Positions 1-11,491 of a stretch of 64,000 nt of DNA are shown here, one piece after another (the first letter of the stretch is position 1; every line of letters starts with the position of its first letter). The position numbers were made by a program, and so were the translations under genes. Below the pieces are notes generated by a model that had not been told where the DNA came from, ran no database searches, and was given only the letters and a program-made list of their open reading frames with translations. Origin of the DNA: Amoeboaphelidium protococcarum X5 (taxonomy: Eukaryota; Fungi; Aphelidiomycota); assembly GCA_023515725.1 (NCBI GenBank), contig JALDTO010000235.1, positions 99,305-163,304 of the forward strand. The letters are read 5' to 3'.

Positions 1-2064
1 CTTCAAGCACCTTTGCCTATTTAGTAGAGAATTGTTTAGTAGTTATCCAGTTCTAGAAGTGATTCTAACTAAGGTGAGTTGGTATCTTAATAGCTGCAAG
101 ATTACCATAATAGTCTTAGATCTAATTTGCAATTATTCAACTATCTCCGAATGCACAGCAGTCTGTCTCTCCTCAAACTTCCAACAAAGATCAAGTTGAA
201 TGATGACAGCTTGACTTGCCAAGAGAAGATTTATCTAGAATGGTTTAAATTTAAGAAGGACTTGTAAAAGTCTCGATTTGAAAATGGCATTAAGCGGTGC
301 GGACTTTTATTTTCTGATACTTAAATTGGCACAAAGGCCGACCGTGATGTCTATATGCTGCATTTATTCAAATAGGCTTTCATGATTTGCGAACCAGATT
401 AGATCTAGAGTCTTGGCTTTGAAATGCTATAGATCATGCTATAGCTTCAGAGTAGTAATGAAATTTCATGGCAATCAGTTTTTGAGATTATGCATCTTAT
501 GACTGGTATATCATACTGGAGGATGAAGTTTCTGCAGATTTGCTCTCGATTGAAAATGGATACTTCTCCTCTTTAATGGCCTTAACTGGATAGTGCTGCG
601 ACTCTCGATCTTACCTCTGGTGATTAAGCATCATTACGGCTATTTCAGAGTTATTAAGAGATGAAGTCTTTGGTTGTAGATATTCCTACCAGCTGGATGA
701 TCTTTTCTTGTGCTTATGATTCTGAACATTCTGTATTGTACATTTAATGCTGGATGGGACCACAGAATTCGTTTCTATTTCATAGATAGATCAAGCCTGA
801 TGTGATGAAGATCATTTAGGACTAGTATCGAGAGCTTATGACTGCAAATGATAGACTTAATTCCAGCGGCAAGACTATGACATCTAAACAGGACAAGATG
901 TTATGGTGGGACAAAAGAGAATAGCTAGACTTGAAACTGAAGGATTTTCTACGCCAAGTGTAAGAGCAGCTGTTTGGTTGCCTCGCCGGGGTTATAAGAG
1001 GAGTTGGCGATTCTGATATCCCTCAGCTTGAGAAGTTTAATGTTTAACTAACCAATCTTTTTGTCAAATTTGAAATTCGTCTGGTTTCTGGAGAGGGATT
1101 CAACCTCATAAGTAGGATTTGCGTTTAGATGTAGGATGATATCGACGATTTTATTCTGGTTGATTTAGTGCATTTAGTACAAGCAATGCTACCTGCGAAT
1201 CGCATTAAGGCGTTATCATCCTAGCGGAATCTGTCCATGTTTAAGTAGTAATTGCGCTCAATTCTTCCAGGTAGATAAATAGAATCTTGTCCTTCTCATG
1301 AGCACATAGTTTTAATTCTGGACAAACACCTTCTCTAACTACCTTTAGAGTCTATGCCAATGTTCCGCCACTAGTCGGTCAGCCGAGCTATTTCTATGCG
1401 ACATTTGTAAGACTTGTTGGAACTATCGCGCGACTCTGGCAAGTGGTCATTTTCACCATCCGACTCTGCAATGTTATGCCAAAATCCAAAGTCTTCTTAT
1501 GTGCTTAATCCATCTGGAGATTTGAAAGCTACCGAAGAACGCTTAAATTTTATACTGAGTTCGTCTTCTGACTTGGGCAGATTGGCCCATTTAAGTGACC
1601 ATAGTATTGGCGAGTGTTTACGAGACAATCATCTGTATATGTACTTTGGTCACGGAAATGGTGACGCTTTTTATAAATCTCAAGCTTTGACTCATGTCAT
1701 TTAGAGTGCAGTTGCGCTATTTTTTGGATGTAGCAGTGCTCGATTGAAAGATTATGGCTGCTTTGATCCTTACGGATCCGTTATGGATTTCATTATGGCC
1801 AACTCTCCGCTAGTTGTTGGAAATCTATGGGATGTCACTGACAAAGAACTAGATAAGTTGAGTGTTAACATTCTCCTCAGAGCTGGAATTTTGAAGAATT
1901 CTGATATCAAAGGAACGTATTTTGAATCACTTTAGATGGAAGAGAACTGCCAAGTTGTGTCTATTACTCAGGCGCTAGCATTATCAAAGGACCAAGTTCG
2001 ACTTCCGTACCTCACTGGCGCTTCAATGATCTGTTACGGCATCCCCGTCAAGTTTACTCGTTGA
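1..2064 (+). CDS. ESP1: Separase (peptidase C50), C-terminal part; 5' truncated by window
   Basis: Frame 1 with TAR=Gln, ending at TGA 2062-2064; catalytic motifs YMYFGHGNG and LFFGCSS, GNLWDVTDKELD, C-terminal LPYLTGASMICYGIPV. Confidence 0.93.
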
Positions 2065-2099
2065 CATTCTCTTTAGTATTTATTATCTATCTGCTCTTT

Positions 2100-2330
2100 C
2101 TCCTTCACATCAAAGAATAATTTACTGTAGTCATTTCTTCCCATGTGGGTTAATCGATCATTGGTACACTTTAAAAAAGCTCCAGCAATCTTTTCATTGG
2201 GGTCCCCACATAGCCCCTTAATAGCAGAGTAACAGTATAGTACGAGCATAACGATAAGCAATTACAAAACACTTCTATGATTTAGTGATCAGATGTTAAG
2301 CAAGGCGCAATAGAGTCTCTTGCAAGACCT
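2100..2330 (-). ncRNA. Candidate Fanzor omegaRNA region (boundaries uncertain)
   Basis: Lies immediately 3' of the Fanzor ORF, the usual omegaRNA position; contains complementary segments ATGTGGG 2143-2149 / CCCACAT 2205-2211, a GGGG..CCCC pair and the palindrome TCTTGCAAGA. Confidence 0.35.
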
Positions 2331-4571
2331 TCATATGGACATCACGAACTCCTTGTATAGTGTCTAATCCGCTTAGTTCGCAGTAACCAATTTCACTTCT
2401 TCCTTAGAAAAACTTCGAGACATAACATTATATGATCCAACATTATCCCGATATGCACGAAAATCACCCAACATGAAGTACTTATCAGCACCAAGACAGT
2501 TATGTAGCACATTCTGAAACGGATGTTGTTTCGACGTAAACTCCTCCGTTGTCACGAGCACTTACTTTCCAGATCTAAATATATTAGCTTATGCCATTGC
2601 AATAAGTTTCATACGACACTTGTAATGGCTAAACGCCAATAGAGTCTTCCGCGTATTTTTATGGAGAATATGCCCAGAATTTTATTAACCACGCGAGTGT
2701 GTTACCAGTACATCGGCCGTATCACTTAGAACGAGAGGTAGATTCAAGCGCTTTCTCCGTTTCTTCACCATCTTAATAGTCAGAAACTCGGGAAGAATGA
2801 TTAGATCATAATGCCGCATCAAAAAGTTGCCAATTCGGTTATGCAAATTCGATACATATGCAGAGAATTTGGTGTAAGCACGACTAATGCCAATATCAGT
2901 GGGAACAACATTATTCTTTGATTACTTCCATGTGTGCCATAATTCTTTCTTCTACGCTTTAAACTCCTCCAGACTCAATTGTCCATTCTGTAAAGCAGCT
3001 GCGCGATTATCCATCTAATCTTTCAGAGACTATGCATTGGAAATCTATTCACTCTTATTCTTATAAAGCTACTTGAAATCAGGCGCAATCGCAATGAATG
3101 ACCTGCGATCCAAATCGAAGACGGTCATGCTCACTCTAACACCTGGATCCACCGAGCAAGTGTTTCCAGTTTAACGGCAACGCGCATCACGGCGGCTTAT
3201 AAATGATCTAGCACCTTCAAGATTCTCATCTGCATTATTCATATCTTGCACTTGCTAGTAATACCAATCAGTGAATGGACCTTATATACAGGAGGCATCA
3301 TACGAAACAATCACAAAGAACTTTTTTCTTCTTTTCACGAGCTTGAACTCTCTTCCTCAGCCATAGCCAAACTTGATGAAACCGGGCCAGTAGTCAATCT
3401 TGCCAGGCTCTTAGAATAGAGGATCTTTGGCATACAGTTTCCCAAAGCTCTTGAGGAATGAAGGCAGTAGGCGGACGCGATTGCTATCTGGATCTACACG
3501 GGCATCTTACGCTTGAAACTGGAGCATCTAAAACTAATCATCATCTCTATTTGGCATAAAGTTGTAGTCTTTGATATCACCCTTTGTATACTTCTCATGA
3601 GCCGCATAGTAATACGTGCGAGTCGCATTAATAATCTCATCTTGCACTGTAGATGGCATTCGCATCCAACGCAATCTTGGGTCGTCATCAGGCACGCGGC
3701 ACTTTTTGGCTTTGACTTAACTTAGCGCAACATGGTTCCCTAGCGCTTGTATTGACACCTTTTCTCCTTAATCTCTGGAATCATTCAAAATGTTAATGAT
3801 GAAATTGACCATTTGAAACTTGAGATCCAGCCATTCATTGAATTTGTGTATGAACTTCTTATCAGGGAATATACGAATATTAATCGAGCGTATCTGATCA
3901 TACTGATTCAGTTCGGCAATCTCTCGCCGATTTTTCATCTTGCCGATTTTTGGTTTCATGTTTTCCAACGCCACTAGAGATTATTCCGAAAGCTGAAGCA
4001 CTTTCTTCTTCTTCTTCTTCTTCTTCTTCTTCAAACTCTTAGATGACGACTATTACTGCTTAGATTTCCATTTAGCCATTAGAGAGTCTGTATCTGATGC
4101 AATCTACTGATTCCGCATTTTGGATTCAATGATATTCTCAATTTAATGCTGCACCTGACTAAAACTTTACTTCTCCTGGCTCTCACTTACGTTTTGTCCC
4201 ATGTCTTTACGATTCAAATTAGGATTGAACTTTGCTGTTAAGGAGTGTTCTGTTTATTAAGATTACGGTATTTGCCAGTCCTTGTCAGTGCATTTTAACA
4301 ACAGTCGTTAATTGAACGCGTCTGTGTTGCCATTCCAAACATAATGTCCAAACCATTCAGATTTAGTATTATACCAAGGGGCAAATACTGGAGCAAATGC
4401 GGCAAATGATGATGCGCCAAGTTCTTTGACTATCCGAATATCAACTTCATTGATCACCTTAGCACACACGGAGAGAAATCCGGGAATATCTTGATGATAT
4501 GCTTAAGTTTTGAAATCTTCTAGTGCTGTCTTTGCAGCCGCAGATAATTCACGTTTTTGGCTTGGCTACAT
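2331..4571 (-). CDS. Fanzor2 / IS607-TnpB-like RNA-guided endonuclease, 746 codons, with one in-frame TGA (possible pseudogene)
   Basis: One frame from ATG 4571 to TGA 2331. HTH-like IRIFPDKKFIHKFNEWLDLKFQMVN; RuvC-I SVDPGVRVSMT (D at 3147-3149); YDLIILPEFLTIKM; LLAFSHYKCRMKL; relocated Glu in VTTEEFTSK (2544-2546); RuvC-III YRDNVGSYNV (D 2445-2447). In-frame TGA at 3357-3359. Confidence 0.88.
4002..4031. repeat. (CTT)n microsatellite encoding poly-Lys (NLS-like) in the Fanzor N-terminal extension
   Basis: Ten consecutive Lys codons on the minus strand. Confidence 0.85.
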
Positions 4572-5003
4572 TTTCAAATGATCAGTATTGCGATGAAAGA
4601 ATTAGAACACTGTCAGTAAGCATTGAATACAATGCAATGATGAGATGTGACACGACCAGTCATCATTTCATTGTGATATCAATGAGGATGGTCGCAGCTT
4701 AAAACCACTCAGGAGTTATTGGTATTGTTAAGGTATTGAGACAAGCTCAGAAGATTGGCAATAAAGTAAACGAGTAATTAGATTATTGACTTGTATTGAA
4801 GAGTATGTAAAAATATATAGAATCTCATTGATAATCGTATTTAAAATAAGACTAACTATCATACAAATACTTTATGGATAAAAAATTTCAAAAGGACTTG
4901 GTGCACGAATGATTGATCCGCCCCCTTTTCTTAGTAACTTTTAACGCGCTTTTGTCCTTCGAGCTACCATCAAACTTCTATAAACTGTGATAAAATCTAA
5001 ACA

Positions 5004-6049
5004 ATGGTAAATCTTGAAATTGGACGCGTTATAAGATTCCAAGACCACTGCCAATCTATCCTTATTAGTGATACTGTACATTAAAGTAGTCATAGACTTC
5101 TCAATAGCATGCTTTATTTGAGTAAATCTAGGTACGGCATTCTGAAGTACGAGCGATTTGATTATCTTAATCATTTTAATAATTTTGTAGATTTCAGAAT
5201 GTCGCTTTAATTAGCTGTAGTGTCAGTCAGGCTTCAAGATTATATAATGCAGACGCTAATATTATTGATATCTCTGATAAGATTTATGATTTTGAGTCTA
5301 TGAAGGAAGTTATACTATCACAAGTTAGTACAAGTAAATCGCTGATCGTGGTGGATTCTATTGATTTGTTTGCATCTCTGCATGGGGTTTATAAGACATA
5401 CACTTTTCTATGTGAATTTATTGCATAACAGAAACTCACGAATAAAGATAGTGCTATAATCGCGCTGTGTCATCGAGATTGTATGCACATAAAAGACTAT
5501 TAGACTGTATCATTCGCGTTCAACTGCAAACTTGATGTTGTGCCTATATACGATTTCGAGAATTCTGAAGATAAGAGGATTGCCGCTCTGCTAGACTCTG
5601 CCAATGGTAATAGTGCATCGAGAAGTTCAAAGGATGATAATTTCAAACTGAAGCTAAGAGATTAAAGCCCTCGCTACTATGGAATCAAATCTGTATATAG
5701 AAAGTCTAATGGCAAGACTTATCACGAGGAATCTATAGTGACAATGGCAGATTAGCCTGCTCAGTCGGACACACCTATCAATATCGAGGATGCAAAATTG
5801 TTTATGAAAGAGTTTTATGATGTGTAAGACAATAAAGGTGCATAGCAGCAGACGCAACAGGATCCTTTAGATGGGATGGAAGTTCCGTTCAATTTGGCTC
5901 TAACTGAAGATCAGAAGCGCGAACGAGATTAAGTCAATTTGGCCTATTTGGACAGGCAGGACCCCTCACTTCCCGTTCCTCAGTTTCCCGTGATTGAATA
6001 CATACCTGACGCTGCTGATGACTTTGACGATGAAGATCCTGATTTTTGA
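5004..6049 (+). CDS. ELP5: Elongator complex subunit 5
   Basis: ATG 5004, intron 5132-5190; C-terminal VPFNLALTEDQKRERDQVNLAYL...IEYIPDAADDFDDEDPDF matches the Elp5/Iki1 tail. Confidence 0.8.
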
Positions 6050-6226
6050 ATAGATTTACTCTATCGTTGCTATTGTCTTTATGCCACTATTTACCGAACA
6101 ATCGGCGCGTTTGAATTTGATTTTTCGATTCGATTCTTCGCTGATCTTGGTCGCTTAGTGAATCCACACTTCTTTCACATTATTTATATTCAATAGCAAG
6201 CAGTCGGAGTATCATAGTGCAGAATC

Positions 6227-7445
6227 ATGTTAAAGTGTTTGAATAAAGGCTGCGGAAGGGAATTTATTGACAGCGATAACACTGACAATGCCTGCTCTTA
6301 TCACTCTGGCCCACGTAAGTATCTTATCTATTTGATCAATACAAAAGTGAGATTACAACCACTGTTATAATATAAATGTAGCCGTGTTTCATGAAGGACT
6401 TAAGGGCTGGCAGTGCTGTAGTAAGCGTGTGATTGAATTTGATGAATTTCTGTAGATTCCTGGCTGTACTACTGGCAGACACCAATCATCTGCTGATGAT
6501 GATCAGGTAGAATCTCCATCCTAAGATCAATCTAATTCTAATGATTAAAAGTCTGTTCATTCTGCATTTCTTGAAAAAGAAAATGGCACTACTGATTAGA
6601 ATCTACAATAGAAGCCATCATCAGTAAGCAGCAATGGCAAGACTGAAGTTTACGGCATTGTATAATCATAATAAGCTGCTGAGTAATCTCCGCTGTCTTC
6701 ACCTACCGTCAAGCTGAGTAATGCCAACTTGGAATCCGAATAGTAGATTGAGCGAGATCCAGTTGATGCGATTATAAAGGATGGAATGGTATGTAAGAGG
6801 AATGGATGTGGATATGCTTACAAGGTGGGTGATGACGAAGATGATTACAAGGAATTGAATAGAACTTGCCACTTCCACCCTGGCGCGCCTGTATTTCATG
6901 AAGGTTCTAAAGGATGGTCTTGCTGTTCGCGCAAGGTATTGGAGTTTGATGAATTTCTCAAGATTAAAGGATGCTAATAGGATCAGCACCTGTTTATTGG
7001 CAGTGCAGCCGATAAGGCTTGTGATAAGTCATAGTTGAGTTAGAAGAATAAGGCCATAAATGTTAGACATGACTGGTTCCAATCTCCTCATTCGGTGACA
7101 GTGTCATTCTATGTGAAGAAAGTTGATAAAGACACTGTGGATTGTCGCTTCTTGGAATAGAGGTTGGAATTATAGTTTAAACATCCAGAGAATGGTGGAG
7201 TGTAATAATTTACTGCAGATTTATTCTAGCCTATTGTGGCCGCAGAGTGTCAATGTCGCGTAATGTCCACCAAGATTGAGGTCACTCTGCGGAAAGCTAA
7301 TGGTATATCATGGCCGCAGTTGGAGAAGACTGATGCTCCCATCACAACTTGGACCACTTTTGGTATCACTGGCCGCACTGGAACTGTTGGAAGTAAAGAA
7401 ATGCAGGTGTCTAATGACTCTCCCCTGCTAGCGTTAAATAGATGA
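6227..7445 (+). CDS. CHORDC1: CHORD-domain Hsp90 co-chaperone (2x CHORD + CS domain)
   Basis: [26 protein letters not shown] and CKRNGC..CHFHPGAPVFHEGSKGWSCC; CS domain RHDWFQ...KIEVTLRK; intron 6315-6381. Confidence 0.92.
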
Positions 7446-7741
7446 CGCGAGAACAATACGCAATATCTTTCTTATTTATTCAAAATATACATTATATATA
7501 CATATCACGCTACTGATCTCAATGATCTTATAAACAATCACCCAGCAAACTAGTTCGAAAATGGTGTTTACCAACATCGACGAATGCAGTATCTGATAGG
7601 AGCATTTTATCGCACAATTTGGCCTGTTTGATCACTTGAGGGACACAAGGGGGGGGGGGTCATTTTATGTTACTTTATCCTAACTGACTACATGAATAAC
7701 TATACAATATTGGTCAGGCGTAATTACATGAGACGTTAACT

Positions 7742-9529
7742 TCAAATAAAATCTTTGCTTTAAGATCTTCCAGTCATGAACCAAACATCATCGACGCGCC
7801 ATTTAACACCAGAGTGATCATAATAATGACCCTTCTGAGCATGCGTAATGCCACCCAACGAATCATCTGGAGTCTCAAGGTAATCCACCACATCCACAGT
7901 GTCCACTTAAGCGAGGGGCTACAACACCTTCACATTGTCTCCACTTATGAAGCCCAAATCGTAGCCATATAGTTGCAAGCATGCTTTAAGTTTTGGTAGA
8001 GACACCAATACGGACTTATTTTTAAGATTGGTAGACCTCACAGAACACAATGGCTAGGAGTCAGCTTCAATAGCCAACTTATGCAGAGCCTCAAACCCGT
8101 TGGCGGCTTTGTATGACACTTTAGTAAATGGGCTCAATAGCCTATTACCAAATACTTCTTCAATGTCAATCTGACCATTGCCGTTCACATCCGGCAGAGC
8201 TAACATCATGTCGCCTCCGACAGCTCCGGCATGTAGTTCAGTCACATTACTAGGATCCAACCAGATACCGGTGCCATATTTAACATGGACATCCCAGTCC
8301 TAGTTCAAATCAAATACAAGGGGCGATTCGCCACACTCGAAAGGTACCGGATCTTCAGGAGCTGGTTATGGAGGAGGAGGAGAGGGAGTAGGAACTGGAG
8401 GTCTCACACGGCTGGGAGTGGGTTGAGGAGTATTAGCCGGCCGTGTACGCCTATCTGAAGGCGTACGACTTGTTGGGGCTGATGGCGATTCAACAGGAGT
8501 CTCGGGACGACGACGCGGTAGAGGTGATTCCGGTACATCAGGAGTTTAAGTAGGACGACGAGGTAGACGTGATTCCGGTTCAACAGGTGTTTAAGTAGGA
8601 CGACGAGGTAGAAGTGATTCCGGTACAACAGGTTTTTAAGTAGGACGACGAGGTAGACGTGATTCCGGTACAACAGGAGTTTAAGTAGGACGACGAGAAG
8701 TACTTGTCAGAGATGAAAATTATGACTGTGGATTATCAGGGTTAGGATTACGCTGACGAGGAGGACGAGGAGGAGCTGGCTCGGGAGTAGATGGAGGTAG
8801 CTCAGGGGCCGGAGGCTAAGGTTATTGGGGATTCCAGGTGGCAGGTGTCTTGACAGCCTATGTCGTAGAAACACTAGAGGTGGATATCACAGTTGAGCGA
8901 GAAGACTCTACCGTGGTGCTAGTCAAAGCTTCTTAGGATGACCTAAACTAAGCAAGCGTAGATGAAATAGCTTGTGTCCTACTAGACGGAGTGCCTGAAC
9001 CAGAGGAGGCTATTATTGACGATGGCGTTTGCTTAACGTCAGATGAATGGATACTAGACAATGTCGCAGGCTTTGCCACAGTTTCAGTTGTATCAGCTTT
9101 CGACGACTATCTAGCTACAAGAGATGAGATACTTGAAGCAATTTTAGTTTCAGTAGCTGGAATGGCAGGCGTAACATCTTAATTAGATGTTTTCGTGAAT
9201 TGGCATGATGTGCACGGAGAGCTATCCACCATAATAGGAGAACAGGTAGTGCACGGCATCCCAGAAGTCACCTAATTTGACCCAGATTGATTGAATACCG
9301 TTGTAGGAGTTCTAGCTGTAGAGGTGCAAGAGGTAGACTAAGTTACACCAAACATTGACGATGAACTCGCAATATGATTGCCTGGGCAATGTTTACAATT
9401 TTCAGATAACACGCCATCAGACACCTTGTCCCTCAAACGGCACTTCACAGGGGGATCTTCGTTCGGTAACGCACGCGCCAAGATCACAGCAGCGGCGGTA
9501 AGTATCGAGCTCAATTTCAGCAGTTGCAT
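7742..9529 (-). CDS. Secreted 595-aa Ser/Thr/Pro-rich protein with C-terminal FrpC self-processing-module-like Ca2+-binding domain
   Basis: Open frame ATG 9529 to TGA 7742; signal peptide MQLLKLSSILTAAAVILARA; mucin-like middle; C-terminal SPLVFDLNQD...MLALPDVNGNGQIDIEEVFGN...ANGFEAL...HAQKGHYYDHSGVKWRVDDVWF. Confidence 0.75.
8480..8697 (-). repeat. Coding tandem repeat, 45-nt unit (QTPVVPESRLPRRPT), about 4-5 copies
   Basis: GTAGGACGACGAGGTAGACGTGATTCCGGTACAACAGGAGTTTAA recurs at 45-nt spacing. Confidence 0.9.
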
Positions 9530-10128
9530 TATTATAGTATACAATACTTACTATGAATAGAAGGCAATGCTTGTTGTGTATTAGTTATAAGAAGAGGTGA
9601 AAACAATTAAGCTAATCAGACGAAATTGACAATGTCTAGAATGGAATTTATTGGTTGTTTGATCATATTCATATTAATGGCTTGATCAATCACTTTAATA
9701 ATATACGGGACGCTTTGATTGGCCAGGAAAAAGATCTTATATGATCTGAAGCCCCATCTTAGAATGCCTTGTGTATTGGTGATTAAAAGGAAGGCTCGAC
9801 ATGCAATGGTCGGCCAGATGGTTATTTAGTTGGCGGCAAACCGTGTTCTACTGTAAATCAGCTTGAACTTTCTCTCACACTTCACCATGTGAATTTACCG
9901 TAGATTGGAAAGTTATTAGAAAAATCGATTGAGATGGAACAAGATATTCCCATTACCTTCCACGCCACAATTTCTGTTTAACAATTAAAATGCTGCAAAC
10001 TATGTAAGAATTATAAAGAATGCTTTCTATTTACCATTAGTAGTTTTACACATTTCTACTCCTTGTTATACTGATAACAGTACACGAATGGCAAATCCGC
10101 CATGATTGCCATTATTGAAAGAAAGCAT

Positions 10129-11491
10129 TCAATTGTACAATTCTAATGGAATATCAGCAGGTATTGGCTTAATCTCCGTACCCAATTCTTGCTCAATTCT
10201 AAACAGATTGAAGCGATCATCATATGTGACCAAGTTGATTGCCAGGCCCAAGTGACCAAATCTCCCACTACGACCAATACGATGCAAATACGTCTCTGCA
10301 TTCTTGGGAAAGTCAAAGTTGATGACCACATTTACAGCCTGGATGTCAATACCACGCGTGAATAGATCAGAACTGACCAGATTACGACACTTTCCACTTC
10401 GGAAATCATGAAAGACTCTATTTCTATCAGCCTGTGGCATCCGAGCATGGATATAGAAACAGCTATAGCCCAGTTCAGTAATCTTCTTGGCAAGCAACTC
10501 TACTCTCTACGTGGAATTACAGAATATGATTGACTAATTAATCTTCAACTTGCTAAACAGAGTATTTAGACAGTGCATCTTCTAACGTTCCTCCAGGAAG
10601 GCATAAAATTGCGTTATACCACGTAGGGTCAAATCTTCCATCAAGTTGATCTCATACGCATTCTGCATAAAGTTATCCTTGAAAGTCTTGACTAAAAGCG
10701 GGAAGGTGGCAGAGAATAGCAAAATCTATCTCTCCTAATGCAATAGTCCAATCAACTTCTCAATCACCGGCTGGAATTCTGGACTCAGAAGCTTATCTGC
10801 CTCATCCATCACAAGCATCTTGCACTTATTCAATTTGGCCAATTTCCGCTCACCCAAATCCAGAATACGACCAGGAGTGGCGACAATGATGTGCACAGTC
10901 TTGTCCAATCTGATAATGTCATCCTTCAGCCCAGTACCTCCAGTAGTTGTCATAATCTCCAAATTAAGATGCTTACCGAGAGTCTTACACACCTACGCAG
11001 TCTATAGTGCCAGTTCTCTAGTCGGCACCAGAATAACAGCCTGAATATGATTCTACGTAACGTCCACCTTTTCCAAAACGGGAATCACAAATGCTACATA
11101 ATATAACTAGGGAATAATAAATAATAATAAGTCATCGAGGTGATAATAATGATAATCATACCTGCAGTCTTTCCTGTACCATTCTTAGCTCTGGCCAAAA
11201 TGTGTAGTCCAGATAACGCGATGGGAATGGCCTCCTCTTGTATAGGTGATGGCTTCTCAAATCCAGCCTCAAATATGCCCATCAATAGTTCCCTCTTTAG
11301 AAAATAATCTTCAAAATCATTTCCCTTCGTAACAGTGACATCCTACACTATTTCATATTATAGAATATTGTGTGCATTTAAATAAAATGGATTGAATATG
11401 CTGCATCTCTCACCTCAGTCTTGATTCTGGCATCCTTCACAGGCACAGTCAAGCCCTGCTTCCAACTATTGTCTGCACTGCCGTTACTCAT
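10129..11491 (-). CDS. DHH1: DEAD-box RNA helicase Dhh1/DDX6
   Basis: [44 protein letters not shown]; introns 11343-11413 and 11094-11161. Confidence 0.96.

Noticed and set aside
2073-2261. 62-aa ORF downstream of the Fanzor
   Set aside because: Non-ATG start, no homology, and it occupies the expected omegaRNA/3' UTR position
7649-7659. G11 homopolymer between convergent genes
   Set aside because: Isolated run with no associated element structure
8480-8697. Regular repeats resembling a CRISPR array
   Set aside because: No unique spacers; it is a contiguous 45-nt in-frame coding repeat in a eukaryotic gene
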